Shown here: positions 16,822-25,220 of the stretch, one piece after another
Position numbering within the stretch: the first letter of the stretch is position 1
Layout: every line of letters starts with the position of its first letter
Assembly: GCA_945873675.1 (NCBI GenBank)
Contig: CAMCEP010000001.1
Location: 1 to 47,119 of the forward strand
Source of the DNA: Asaia bogorensis
Lineage (GTDB): Bacteria > Pseudomonadota > Alphaproteobacteria > Acetobacterales > Acetobacteraceae
Direction: 5' to 3'
Length of the DNA: 47,119 bases
Notes under the pieces: generated by a model
Told to the model about the DNA's origin: nothing
Seen by the model: only the letters and a program-made list of their open reading frames with translations
Databases searched by the model: none
Made by a program: the position numbers and the translations under genes

Positions 16822-19808
16822 TGCGACTTGCGGGCTTCCTGTTGCTATTCTGGATCGCCTTGGGCGTTCCGGCTTTTGGACAGCAGGGGCCCGCAGTCGG
16901 CTTTCGGGTGGGCAGCCACCCGACCTATGGCCGAGTGGTGATGGATTGGCCAGAAGCGGTGGTCTATCGGGCAGAAGAAGCAGGCAATAGGCTGATTTTG
17001 CGTTTCGATACGCCAGCGCGGTTTGACCTTTCCGGCGCGCTTCGGCTGCCCAAGAATGTCGAAAGCCTCTCGGCCATTGATGGCGGTATCGCCTTGCAGG
17101 CCCCACCGGGTACGCGTTTTCGCCATTATCGGCTTGGCAATCGCGTGGTCATTGATGTTTTGGATGGGGCAGAGGCTAATGCCGCCCCGCCAGCAACCGG
17201 TAACACGGGGCCAGGCCCCGCTGCAGCGCCGCCGCGTGCTGCGGCGCCACCCGCCGCGCCCGCTGGGCGCCCGCCGCCCACGGCGCCGCCACCGCGCGAA
17301 GCCGCGCCCCCGACAAGCCAGGCTACCACCGCATCCGCCCCGGCACCTTCCGCGGCGGATGTTTCGCGTCCCGGGTCGGACCCAACTACGCCATCAACGA
17401 CGCCGGCTGCCCAGGCCCCAACCCCAGCGATACCCGCTTCAGTGCCAACGCCGCCGCCTGCGCCACCGGCTGTTCCCCCACAAGGGCAGCCTGCCCAGTC
17501 GGGACGCCCCATGGTGGTGGTGCCGCCCCGCCGCACCACGCCGGTGGGCCTGCTGGCGGAAGGCCGGGCCATTTCCCTTGACCTTGGGATAAACGCTTCC
17601 GCTGCTGTATTCCGCCATGGCGATTGGGTGATCGCCGTCTTTGACCGGGCGGAGACACTTGATCTCACGCAATTACAGGGCAGCGCCATTTTCCGTGGCA
17701 TGGAAGCGCGCCAGACCGGTGATGCCACCATCCTGCAAATGCGCCTTGCCCAGCCTGGTACGCTGCGCCCCCGGCGTGAGGGAAATGCCTGGGTTTTGGA
17801 AGCCTTCCGTGATTCGGTTGAAGCGAATCGCAGCCTGAACGCCATCACCCCAGAATTGGATCCAGGGCCACCAACCCGGCTGGTGCTGCGCGTAGCGCGC
17901 CCCGGCCGCAGCGTGACCGTGCTTGACCCCGAAACCGGCAGCCCAGTTTTGGTTGGCACGTTACGAGAGGCTGGGCAGGCGGTCGCCATTGGCCGACGCC
18001 AACCAGAGTTTCAGCTGCTACCCGCCATGCTGGGTATCGCGGCCCTGCCCAGGGGCGACAATATCCAACTGCGCGCCCTGAATGATCGGTTCATTTTGCA
18101 GGCTTCAGGGATGGATTCTCTCAGGCTTGGTGTTGATGCGGGCCGCGAACCGCTGGCGGAAGCTGCCACGCTTAGCCGCATCATGGATCTGCCTTCCGCC
18201 ACAGCCGCCACGCTCCAGGAAAGGCTGCGGACTGCCTCGGCCAATATCGCCGCTGCCGGGCCGCTTGGCCGTTCAGAGGCACGGCGCCATGCAGCGGAGA
18301 CGTTGCTTGCGCTTGGTATGCCGCAGGAAGCCCAGGCCATGGCGGCCCTTGCCCTGCAAGAAGACCCACGCGCCGGCGCCGATGCCAGGCTTGTGATGGT
18401 GCAGGCTGCCGCCGCCCTGGTAGCGGGCCGAGAGGCCGAGGCACGGCAACTTGAAAACCCGCAAATGCCCTCGACCGATGAAACTACGCTTTGGCGGGGC
18501 TTTTTGGCCGCGGCCAGGGGGGATCACGCCACGGCAGGACCCGCCATCGCAGCCAGCCTTCCGCTATTGATTTCCTATCCCAGGCCACTCGCCCAGCGCC
18601 TAACCCCGATAGCCATGGAAAGCCTTGCAGCGGCCGGCGAAATCACCGCCGCGAACCGTCTTGGGGAAACCGATCCGGGTGATGCAAGCCTCGATCTAGC
18701 CAGAGGCATGGTGGCCGAGGCTGATGGCAGGATCGAGGATGCGCTGGCGGCTTATCGCCGGGCCATCCAAGGCCGTGATCGGCTCCGCCGTGCCCGGGCA
18801 ATCCGGCGTAGCGTGGAACTACGTCTTGCCATGGGTCAGCTTGATGTCGCAGGCGCGATTACCGAGCTGGACGCCGCGCTTTTCGCCTGGAGGGGCGATA
18901 ATGAGGAGATAAGTGCGCGCATTCGCCTTGCCGAATTGCATCGTGAAGCCGGCAATGGTCGTGCTGCCTTTGAATTGCTCCAGGAAACCCAGCGCTTCTT
19001 CCCCGAGCGTGAAGCTGACCTGCGCCAGCATTTACGCGCTGCCTTTGCGGTCGCGCTGCAAAGCGCCCCGCCGCTCAATGCCGCCAGCTTCTATGATGCC
19101 CATCCGGAATTCCTGCCTGAGGATGAGGCGGGCATACGTTCCGTTATCACACTTGCGGAACGCCTGGCAGCGCTTGATCTGGTTGATCGTGCCTCGGCCG
19201 TGCTGCGTGACGCCTTGGCACGGTTGACCGATCCAACCGCCCGTAAACCCGTCAGCACCAAGCTTGCCGCCCTTCGTTTGGCAGAGGGTGATGCGCCGGG
19301 GGCGCTGGCCGCTCTGGATGCCGCGGCCGAGGGGCAGGGGCAGGAGACGGAGCGCGCCATTCTTCGTGGTCGCGCTTTGGCACGCACGGGAAATCGCCGC
19401 GCCGCGGAAGGGGTGCTGTCCGAACTTGGTCATGACGGGGCAGAAGCGCTGGCAGAAATTCGCGCCGAGGCACAAGACTGGTCGGGGGCTACTTCTGCCA
19501 TGCTCCAGCATATCCGCGCCAAGATACCCCCAGCGCCTGAGCCGCTTGACCCCTCAATTCGGCGTGATTTGGCACGGACAGCGGCTTATGCCGCCATGGC
19601 CAATGATACCGCCGCACTGGCGCAGCTTCGCGAAACCTATGGCGCGCGGATGCAGGGCGGGCCGCTGGCGGAAGCCTTCACGCTGCTGACCGGCGAATCA
19701 TTGCGCGGGGTGCAGGATTTGCCACGGCTGCAACGCGAAATCAGCCAATTGCGCCTGCTGCCTGAGAGATTGGGCGGGCTGAACACGCCCACACCGCCGA
19801 GGCGATAA
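16821..19808 (+). CDS. large exported TPR-like protein with Pro/Ala-rich linker, flagellar-associated
   Basis: Signal peptide, beta-rich N-domain (GSHPTYGRVVMDW), ~110-aa P/A/T linker, helical repeats; overlaps cheZ stop. Confidence 0.8.
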   Translation: MRLAGFLLLFWIALGVPAFGQQGPAVGFRVGSHPTYGRVVMDWPEAVVYRAEEAGNRLILRFDTPARFDLSGALRLPKNVESLSAIDGGIALQAPPGTRFRHYRLGNRVVIDVLDGAEANAAPPATGNTGPGPAAAPPRAAAPPAAPAGRPPPTAPPPREAAPPTSQATTASAPAPSAADVSRPGSDPTTPSTTPAAQAPTPAIPASVPTPPPAPPAVPPQGQPAQSGRPMVVVPPRRTTPVGLLAEGRAISLDLGINASAAVFRHGDWVIAVFDRAETLDLTQLQGSAIFRGMEARQTGDATILQMRLAQPGTLRPRREGNAWVLEAFRDSVEANRSLNAITPELDPGPPTRLVLRVARPGRSVTVLDPETGSPVLVGTLREAGQAVAIGRRQPEFQLLPAMLGIAALPRGDNIQLRALNDRFILQASGMDSLRLGVDAGREPLAEAATLSRIMDLPSATAATLQERLRTASANIAAAGPLGRSEARRHAAETLLALGMPQEAQAMAALALQEDPRAGADARLVMVQAAAALVAGREAEARQLENPQMPSTDETTLWRGFLAAARGDHATAGPAIAASLPLLISYPRPLAQRLTPIAMESLAAAGEITAANRLGETDPGDASLDLARGMVAEADGRIEDALAAYRRAIQGRDRLRRARAIRRSVELRLAMGQLDVAGAITELDAALFAWRGDNEEISARIRLAELHREAGNGRAAFELLQETQRFFPEREADLRQHLRAAFAVALQSAPPLNAASFYDAHPEFLPEDEAGIRSVITLAERLAALDLVDRASAVLRDALARLTDPTARKPVSTKLAALRLAEGDAPGALAALDAAAEGQGQETERAILRGRALARTGNRRAAEGVLSELGHDGAEALAEIRAEAQDWSGATSAMLQHIRAKIPPAPEPLDPSIRRDLARTAAYAAMANDTAALAQLRETYGARMQGGPLAEAFTLLTGESLRGVQDLPRLQREISQLRLLPERLGGLNTPTPPRR

Positions 19809-19967
19809 AGATTTTGGCCCTTGCGGGAACTGGCAGGAAAATTCTTAGGCACCCCTGCAGATTTCCCTTGCGTCCACGCCCCGCTTGCCCCATATGCCGC
19901 AATTGTTGACCCCCGATCAGAATTCCCTGATCACCCTGGTCATCTGCTGGCTGGAAGGAGCCCTGCT

Positions 19968-20426
19968 ATGGAAGCTCTCGTCCAACCGGGGATGGTCTCG
20001 GATTTGCCGAGCGACACCCGGAATACCGACGAAGACGTCTCGGCGCATGCCGAGAAGGATTATTTCGTTCATCGTAACGGTGTGCGCTACGCCGGGACGC
20101 ATCTGATCGTGGATTTGTGGGGGGCGACCAATCTGGACGACCCGAACCACATTGATGCGGTGCTGCGTGAAGGCGCGCTCGCCACTGGGGCGACGATCCT
20201 GCATGGGCATTTCCATCATTTCTCGCCCAATGGCGGGGTATCCGGCGTGCTGGTGCTGGCGGAAAGCCATGTGTCCATCCACACTTGGCCGGAACGCGAT
20301 TACGCCGCGCTTGATATTTTCGTCTGCGGCGAATGCGATCCCTATAAGGCGATCCCGGCGCTCAAGCGTGGCTTCCTGCCGGAACGCGTGCAGCTTGCCG
20401 AACATAAGCGCGGCCTGATCGGCTGA
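19968..20426 (+). CDS. speD: S-adenosylmethionine decarboxylase proenzyme
   Basis: GAAGGAG RBS; GTHLIVDL, GVSGVLVLAESHVSIHTWPE (E|S cleavage site), DIFVCG. Confidence 0.95.
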   Translation: MEALVQPGMVSDLPSDTRNTDEDVSAHAEKDYFVHRNGVRYAGTHLIVDLWGATNLDDPNHIDAVLREGALATGATILHGHFHHFSPNGGVSGVLVLAESHVSIHTWPERDYAALDIFVCGECDPYKAIPALKRGFLPERVQLAEHKRGLIG

Positions 20427-20451
20427 GCCCTATTCGTTATCGTTTGGATGG

Positions 20452-20479
20452 GGCCGGGTGGCAGCACCCGGCCTTTCTT
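20452..20479 (+). terminator. intrinsic terminator-like hairpin between speD and speE
   Basis: GGCCGGGTG-GCAG-CACCCGGCC followed by TTTCTT. Confidence 0.65.
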
Positions 20480-20495
20480 ATAAAGGGATGCCGCC

Positions 20496-21365
20496 ATGGC
20501 GACCGATAGCTGGATCAATGAAACCCTCTACGCCGCCTGGGGCCAACGCTTCCGCGTGAAGCGTGAATTGGCGCGGGTACAGTCCGAATTTCAGGACATT
20601 GTTGTCTTTGAAAGCGAAACCCATGGCCGGGTGATGCTGCTGGATGGCGTGGTGCAGATCACCGAAGGCGATGAATTCGTGTATCAGGAAATGATCACCC
20701 ATGTGCCCATTCTGGCCCATGGCGCGGCCAAGCGCGTGCTGATCATTGGCGCGGGCGATGGCGGCGTTCTGAAACGCGTGCTTCAGCATCGCGGCGTCGA
20801 AAAAGCCGTGATGGTGGAAATTGATGGCGAAGTGGTGCGGCTTTCCAAGGAATTCCTGCCAAGCATTGGCGGCAATGCGTGGGGCGACCCGCGTGCCGAG
20901 GTGATCATCGGCGATGGCATTGATTATGTGCGTGTCGCGCCCGCGGAAAGCTTTGATGTCATCATCGTGGACAGCACGGACCCGATCGGCGTTGGTGAGG
21001 TACTTTTCACCGATGAATTCTACGCCAATGCGGCCCGCATCCTCTCCCCGCGTGGCCTGATCGTCAATCAATGCGGCGTGCCCTTCATGCAGGCCGATGA
21101 ATTGCACGAAACCTCTCGCCGCCGGGCGAAATCCTTCCCCGACAACTGGGCCTATGTTGCCGCGGTACCGACTTATGTCGGGGGTTTCATGACACTTGGT
21201 TGGGCGGCGAAGGATGCGTCTTGCCGCGCGGTTGCCACTGATGAAGTTCGCCGCCGGGCGGAAGCATCAGGCATTTTGGGCATCACACGCTATTGGACGC
21301 CGGAAATCCACACCGGCGCCTTCAATCTGCCGCCCTATATTGCGGAAAACCTGCCGGGCGCCTGA
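20496..21365 (+). CDS. speE: polyamine aminopropyltransferase (spermidine synthase)
   Basis: SEFQDI, LLDGVVQ, YQEMITHVP, IIGAGDGG, VEID, DVIIVDSTDP. Confidence 0.95.
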   Translation: MATDSWINETLYAAWGQRFRVKRELARVQSEFQDIVVFESETHGRVMLLDGVVQITEGDEFVYQEMITHVPILAHGAAKRVLIIGAGDGGVLKRVLQHRGVEKAVMVEIDGEVVRLSKEFLPSIGGNAWGDPRAEVIIGDGIDYVRVAPAESFDVIIVDSTDPIGVGEVLFTDEFYANAARILSPRGLIVNQCGVPFMQADELHETSRRRAKSFPDNWAYVAAVPTYVGGFMTLGWAAKDASCRAVATDEVRRRAEASGILGITRYWTPEIHTGAFNLPPYIAENLPGA

Positions 21366-21369
21366 AACG

Positions 21370-21476
21370 GCGCTTTACTGATCTGGAATTTCGCTCGCTC
21401 TCGCCCGCTAAAGGCGGGCGAGAGCCCGAAGGCGCGGTGCGGATCGGCACCGATCCGCACCCCCAAAAGAAAGCGC
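21370..21476. repeat. double-palindrome intergenic element (REP/MITE-like)
   Basis: 12-bp perfect stems at 21397-21425 and 21436-21461, flanked by GCGCTTT...AAAGCGC. Confidence 0.55.
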
Positions 21477-21477
21477 T

Positions 21478-22218
21478 TCAACTCAAGTTGAAGCCCTGCA
21501 CCAGGCTGCCGGAAACCAAGCGCCAGCCATCCACCAGTACGAAAAAGATCAGCTTGAACGGCAGCGCCACCACGGATGGCGGCAGCATCATCATGCCAAG
21601 CGACATCAACAAGCTTGCGATCACCATATCAATGATCAGGAAGGGCAGAAAAAGTAGGAAGCCGATTTCAAAGGCGCGCTTCAATTCGCCCACAATGAAG
21701 GCCGGAATCAAGGCGCGCCAGGGTGTTTGCGCCGGGTCTGTGACGGCCTGAATACCGCCCAGATCCAGGAAAAGCGCCAAATCATCTTCGCGGATATTGG
21801 CCACCATAAACAGGCGGAAGGGCTGCGCCGCCGCTTCCAGCCCGGCCAATTCGGAAAGTCGGCCTTCTGTCATCGGTACAATGCCCTGGGTCCAGGAAGC
21901 CTCAAAAACCGGCTGCATGACGAAGAAGGTCAGGAACAGCGCAAGCCCAATCAGCACTGGGTTGGGCGGAATGCCTGGCGCGCCTATGGCGCTCCGCAGC
22001 AATGACAGCACAATCACAATGCGCGCAAAGGCGGTTGCCATCACCAGCAGGGAAGGTGCCAGTGAGAGCAGCCCGATCAAAGCGGTGAGTTGCACCAGCC
22101 GCGCTGTGGCCCCGGGCTGGCCGGTCTGGCCAAGGTCAATCGAAACGCTTTGGGCCAAAGCCACACCCGCGGGCAGTGCCAGGATCGCAAGGACCCAAAA
22201 AACTGTTTTGCGGATCAT
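21478..22218 (-). CDS. fliP: flagellar export gate protein FliP
   Basis: FARIVIVLSLLRSA, PPNPVL, PAFIVGELKRAFEIGF, GMMMLPP, PFKLIFFVLVDGW. Confidence 0.97.
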   Translation of the reverse strand: MIRKTVFWVLAILALPAGVALAQSVSIDLGQTGQPGATARLVQLTALIGLLSLAPSLLVMATAFARIVIVLSLLRSAIGAPGIPPNPVLIGLALFLTFFVMQPVFEASWTQGIVPMTEGRLSELAGLEAAAQPFRLFMVANIREDDLALFLDLGGIQAVTDPAQTPWRALIPAFIVGELKRAFEIGFLLFLPFLIIDMVIASLLMSLGMMMLPPSVVALPFKLIFFVLVDGWRLVSGSLVQGFNLS

Positions 22219-22493
22219 GGCGGGGGCGTTTCCTCGTTCTTGGGCGGCAGCCAGCCCAGGCATAGATCCTGTGGCCCGCCGGTCAATAAAAGTACTTCCC
22301 GCCCATCACAGCGCAGGATCATAAGGCGCCGGCGCCCATCCAGCGCCAGTACCTCCTGCAATTTAAGGCGTTGTCCGCCGGTCTGCGGGGCAAGACCCGT
22401 GGCGCGCAGCAACCGCGCCAGCAACAATATCAGCCCCAGCACGAAAAGCAGCGCTATGCCGGCGGTGAGCCAATTGGCAAGACTAAGGGTCAT
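22215..22493 (-). CDS. fliO: flagellar protein FliO
   Basis: One TM; LALDGRRRLMILRCDGREVLLLTG; overlaps fliP start. Confidence 0.85.
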   Translation of the reverse strand: MTLSLANWLTAGIALLFVLGLILLLARLLRATGLAPQTGGQRLKLQEVLALDGRRRLMILRCDGREVLLLTGGPQDLCLGWLPPKNEETPPP

Positions 22494-22801
22494 GGCCGCT
22501 CCGCTAAATTGTTTGGCCGTGGCAGGGCTGCTTGCAACCTCTCCACCTGCGCGAGCAAGGCTTCCAGATTGCGCCGCAGTGCCGGGGCCATGGCCGGGGG
22601 CGCAGCTTGGGCCGCGGCGCAGAGCCGGGCCATTTCTCCACCAAGCCCGGCAAGGTCAAGCGCATAACCCTCGGCAAGACTTGCCTCTGCCTGGGTCAGG
22701 CTTTCCCCCATGGCCTTGATGGCGGCAAGTACCACCATGCCATGGCGGCTGGCCTCCGCGCCCGCATCATCCTCGAATTCCGTGTTCACTGGGCTATCCA
22801 A
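22490..22801 (-). CDS. small helical hypothetical protein heading the fliOP operon (start uncertain)
   Basis: Stop overlaps fliO ATG; helical Ala/Leu-rich sequence. Confidence 0.6.
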   Translation of the reverse strand: MDSPVNTEFEDDAGAEASRHGMVVLAAIKAMGESLTQAEASLAEGYALDLAGLGGEMARLCAAAQAAPPAMAPALRRNLEALLAQVERLQAALPRPNNLAERP

Positions 22802-22860
22802 CAGGTTCGGTGCAAAAAAATCATTACAAAATATTGTAACGAGTCGGGTTTTAACGCATT

Positions 22861-22877
22861 TTGGCCCGTAACGTGCA
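22861..22877 (+). promoter_or_regulatory. sigma54 promoter of flgBC-fliE
   Basis: TTGGCCCGTAACGTGCA: GG-N10-GC. Confidence 0.65.
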
Positions 22878-22888
22878 AGAACGGAATT

Positions 22889-23287
22889 ATGGACCCGACC
22901 AAGACCGGACCGATCGCCCTTTCCGAACAGCGGCTGCGCTGGGCGGAAGCGCGCCAGCGCGTACTGGCGCAGAATATCGCCAATGCGGATACGCCCAATT
23001 ACCGGCCTTCCGACATGCAGCCTTTTGCCAAGGTTTTGTCCGGCAAGCTAACTGAACGACAATTGGTCACCACCAATGCCAATCATTTGCAGGCGTCGCG
23101 CCATCAAGATGGTCGGACAATCAAGGAACGCGCTTCCGCCAATCGTGACATGAGCGGCAATGCGGTTTCGCTTGAACGGGAAGCCCTACGCGTGGCCGAT
23201 ACCGACACGGCTCATGCCACCGCGCTTTCGGTGCGCCGGCGTTACATGACAATGTTCATGACCGCCCTTGGGCGGAATCAAGGTTAA
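22889..23287 (+). CDS. flgB: flagellar rod protein FlgB
   Basis: RQRVLAQNIANADTPNYRP, GNAVSLERE. Confidence 0.93.
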   Translation: MDPTKTGPIALSEQRLRWAEARQRVLAQNIANADTPNYRPSDMQPFAKVLSGKLTERQLVTTNANHLQASRHQDGRTIKERASANRDMSGNAVSLEREALRVADTDTAHATALSVRRRYMTMFMTALGRNQG

Positions 23288-23302
23288 GAAGGGCGCTGAG
23301 CC

Positions 23303-23710
23303 ATGGAAATTGATCGCGCAATCCGCATCGCAGCGGCGGGGATGGATGTGCAGACCGCCCGGCTGCGGGTGGTGGCGGAAAACCTGGCCAATCGCGACAC
23401 GACTTCCGAAGTGGCTGGCGGGGATCCCTTCCGCCGCAAGACCGTGACCTTCGCCAATCGCTTTGACCGCGCCTTGGGTGCCAATACCATCAGGGTCTCG
23501 CGGGTTGGTACCTCCAAGGGTGAATTCCCGACACGGCACGACCCGACCCATCCGGCCGCCAATGCGCAAGGGTATGTGAAGACCCCGAATGTGAATTCAA
23601 GTATGGAAGTGATGGATATGCGCGAAGCGCAACGCAGCTACACGGCCAATCTTTCAGTGCTGGAAGTAAGCCGCGGCATGTTGACCCGCACTATTGAGGC
23701 GCTGCGCTAA
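23303..23710 (+). CDS. flgC: flagellar rod protein FlgC
   Basis: VAENLAN, PFRRK, DPTHPAA..GYV..PNVN, AQRSYTAN. Confidence 0.96.
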   Translation: MEIDRAIRIAAAGMDVQTARLRVVAENLANRDTTSEVAGGDPFRRKTVTFANRFDRALGANTIRVSRVGTSKGEFPTRHDPTHPAANAQGYVKTPNVNSSMEVMDMREAQRSYTANLSVLEVSRGMLTRTIEALR

Positions 23711-24024
23711 TGCCCCTTCCGCTTACCCCCGGCGGCGCTGCCGCCGCTTATCGCGCCAATATGTCGGCACCTTCTGCCGCTGCCGCCGCCACTGGCGGGG
23801 GGGAGACCGCGAGCTTTGGTGAGGCCCTGTCGCGTGCCGTCCAGAATGCAGTCTCGACCAGCCGTGAAGCCGAAGCCGCTTCGGCGCGCGGCTTGATGGG
23901 AGAGGGCAGCGTGACCGACCTTGTTGTTGCGGTCGGCCGCGCTGAGCTTACCTTACAAACCGCGGTCGCGGTGCGTGATCGTGTCGTGGCGGCCTATCAG
24001 GAAGTGATGCGCATGCCGATCTGA
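23710..24024 (+). CDS. fliE: flagellar hook-basal body protein FliE
   Basis: C-terminal VRDRVVAAYQEVMRMPI. Confidence 0.93.
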   Translation: MPLPLTPGGAAAAYRANMSAPSAAAAATGGGETASFGEALSRAVQNAVSTSREAEAASARGLMGEGSVTDLVVAVGRAELTLQTAVAVRDRVVAAYQEVMRMPI

Positions 24025-24066
24025 CGCCTCATTGGGCGTTGCGTATGTGCAGTGAAAGGCAGGGCG

Positions 24067-24336
24067 ATGGGCGGCATCGCTGAGGCAAGCCGGGAAGCGC
24101 TTTGGGTCAGTCTGCAAATCGGTGGGCCGCTGCTGGTCCTGCTGCTGGTGGTTGGGCTTGTGGTCGCCGTGTTTCAGGCGCTGACACAGGTGAATGAGGC
24201 AAGCCTTTCCTTTCTGCCGAAACTGGCCGCGCTGGCCATAGCGTTGATTCTGCTGACCCCGTTCTTCTCGGGCGTTATGCGCGGCTATGCGCAAGGTCTA
24301 TTCGATATGATCATCCAGGTCGGGTCGAGGCCCTAG
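24067..24336 (+). CDS. fliQ: flagellar export protein FliQ
   Basis: GLVVAVFQALTQVNEASLSFLPK. Confidence 0.93.
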   Translation: MGGIAEASREALWVSLQIGGPLLVLLLVVGLVVAVFQALTQVNEASLSFLPKLAALAIALILLTPFFSGVMRGYAQGLFDMIIQVGSRP

Positions 24337-24440
24337 AACATGTCCCGGTCGCATTCGTTCACCAGACATAGGCTTATCCTTGGTTGGGTCGCATGGCGAG
24401 AGCCACCAAATAATGCCCCCTATCTTGGAAATGCCCCAAG

Positions 24441-25217
24441 ATGACCGAAGCGGAATGGCTCGCGGCACTCCCTGATATGGTGTTTCGCGCTGTGCTGCTG
24501 CTGGCGCGGATTGGGGCGGTGGTGATGCTGATGCCGGGGCTTGGTGAGCAGGAAGTACCCAGCAATTATCGGCTTGGGCTGGGCCTCGCGCTCGTCATGG
24601 TGCTCTACCCCGTCTTGTCGCCCGCCCTGCAGGTTGCACCTGATGCCGTGGGCGAAATGCTTCGGCTGATCCTGATGGAAATCGTGACCGGCATTTGGTA
24701 CGGCGCGCTCGCGCGGCTTGTCACTCTGGCCATGACCATGGCGGGCCAGCTTTTCGCGCTGTTGCTTGGTCTTTCGCAAATGCTGGTGCCGGACCCCGCC
24801 ATGGGCGGCCAGAATGCCGTGACCGGACGCTTTTTTGGTCTGATCTCCGTCGTGTTGCTGCTGAGCAGCGGGCTCTATGCATTGCCGCTGCGCGCTTTGG
24901 CCGAAAGCTATGCGGTGCTGCCGGTGGGCGAGGGCTTTCTCGCAGGTGCGGGGGCTGAGGCCATGGCAGCGGCGGTGGGGCAAAGCTTTTTCCTGGCACT
25001 CCAGCTTATGGCGCCGTTTCTGCTGCTTTCCGTCGTACTGAATGTTGCCTTCGGCTTGCTCGCCCGCATTGCGCCGCAGGTGCAGATCTACTTCCTGGTG
25101 GTGCCGGGGCAAATCGTGCTTGGCCTTGTGCTGCTTGGGCTGTTATTGCCAGCCATGCTTGGACTTTACACGAGTGTCGCGCGCGAGAGTTTCCTCGCCC
25201 TACCTGGAGTGCGTTGA
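24441..25217 (+). CDS. fliR: flagellar export protein FliR
   Basis: ARIGAVVMLMPG, LAESY, GLLARIAPQVQIYF; hydrophobic. Confidence 0.93.
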   Translation: MTEAEWLAALPDMVFRAVLLLARIGAVVMLMPGLGEQEVPSNYRLGLGLALVMVLYPVLSPALQVAPDAVGEMLRLILMEIVTGIWYGALARLVTLAMTMAGQLFALLLGLSQMLVPDPAMGGQNAVTGRFFGLISVVLLLSSGLYALPLRALAESYAVLPVGEGFLAGAGAEAMAAAVGQSFFLALQLMAPFLLLSVVLNVAFGLLARIAPQVQIYFLVVPGQIVLGLVLLGLLLPAMLGLYTSVARESFLALPGVR

Positions 25218-25220
25218 GCC

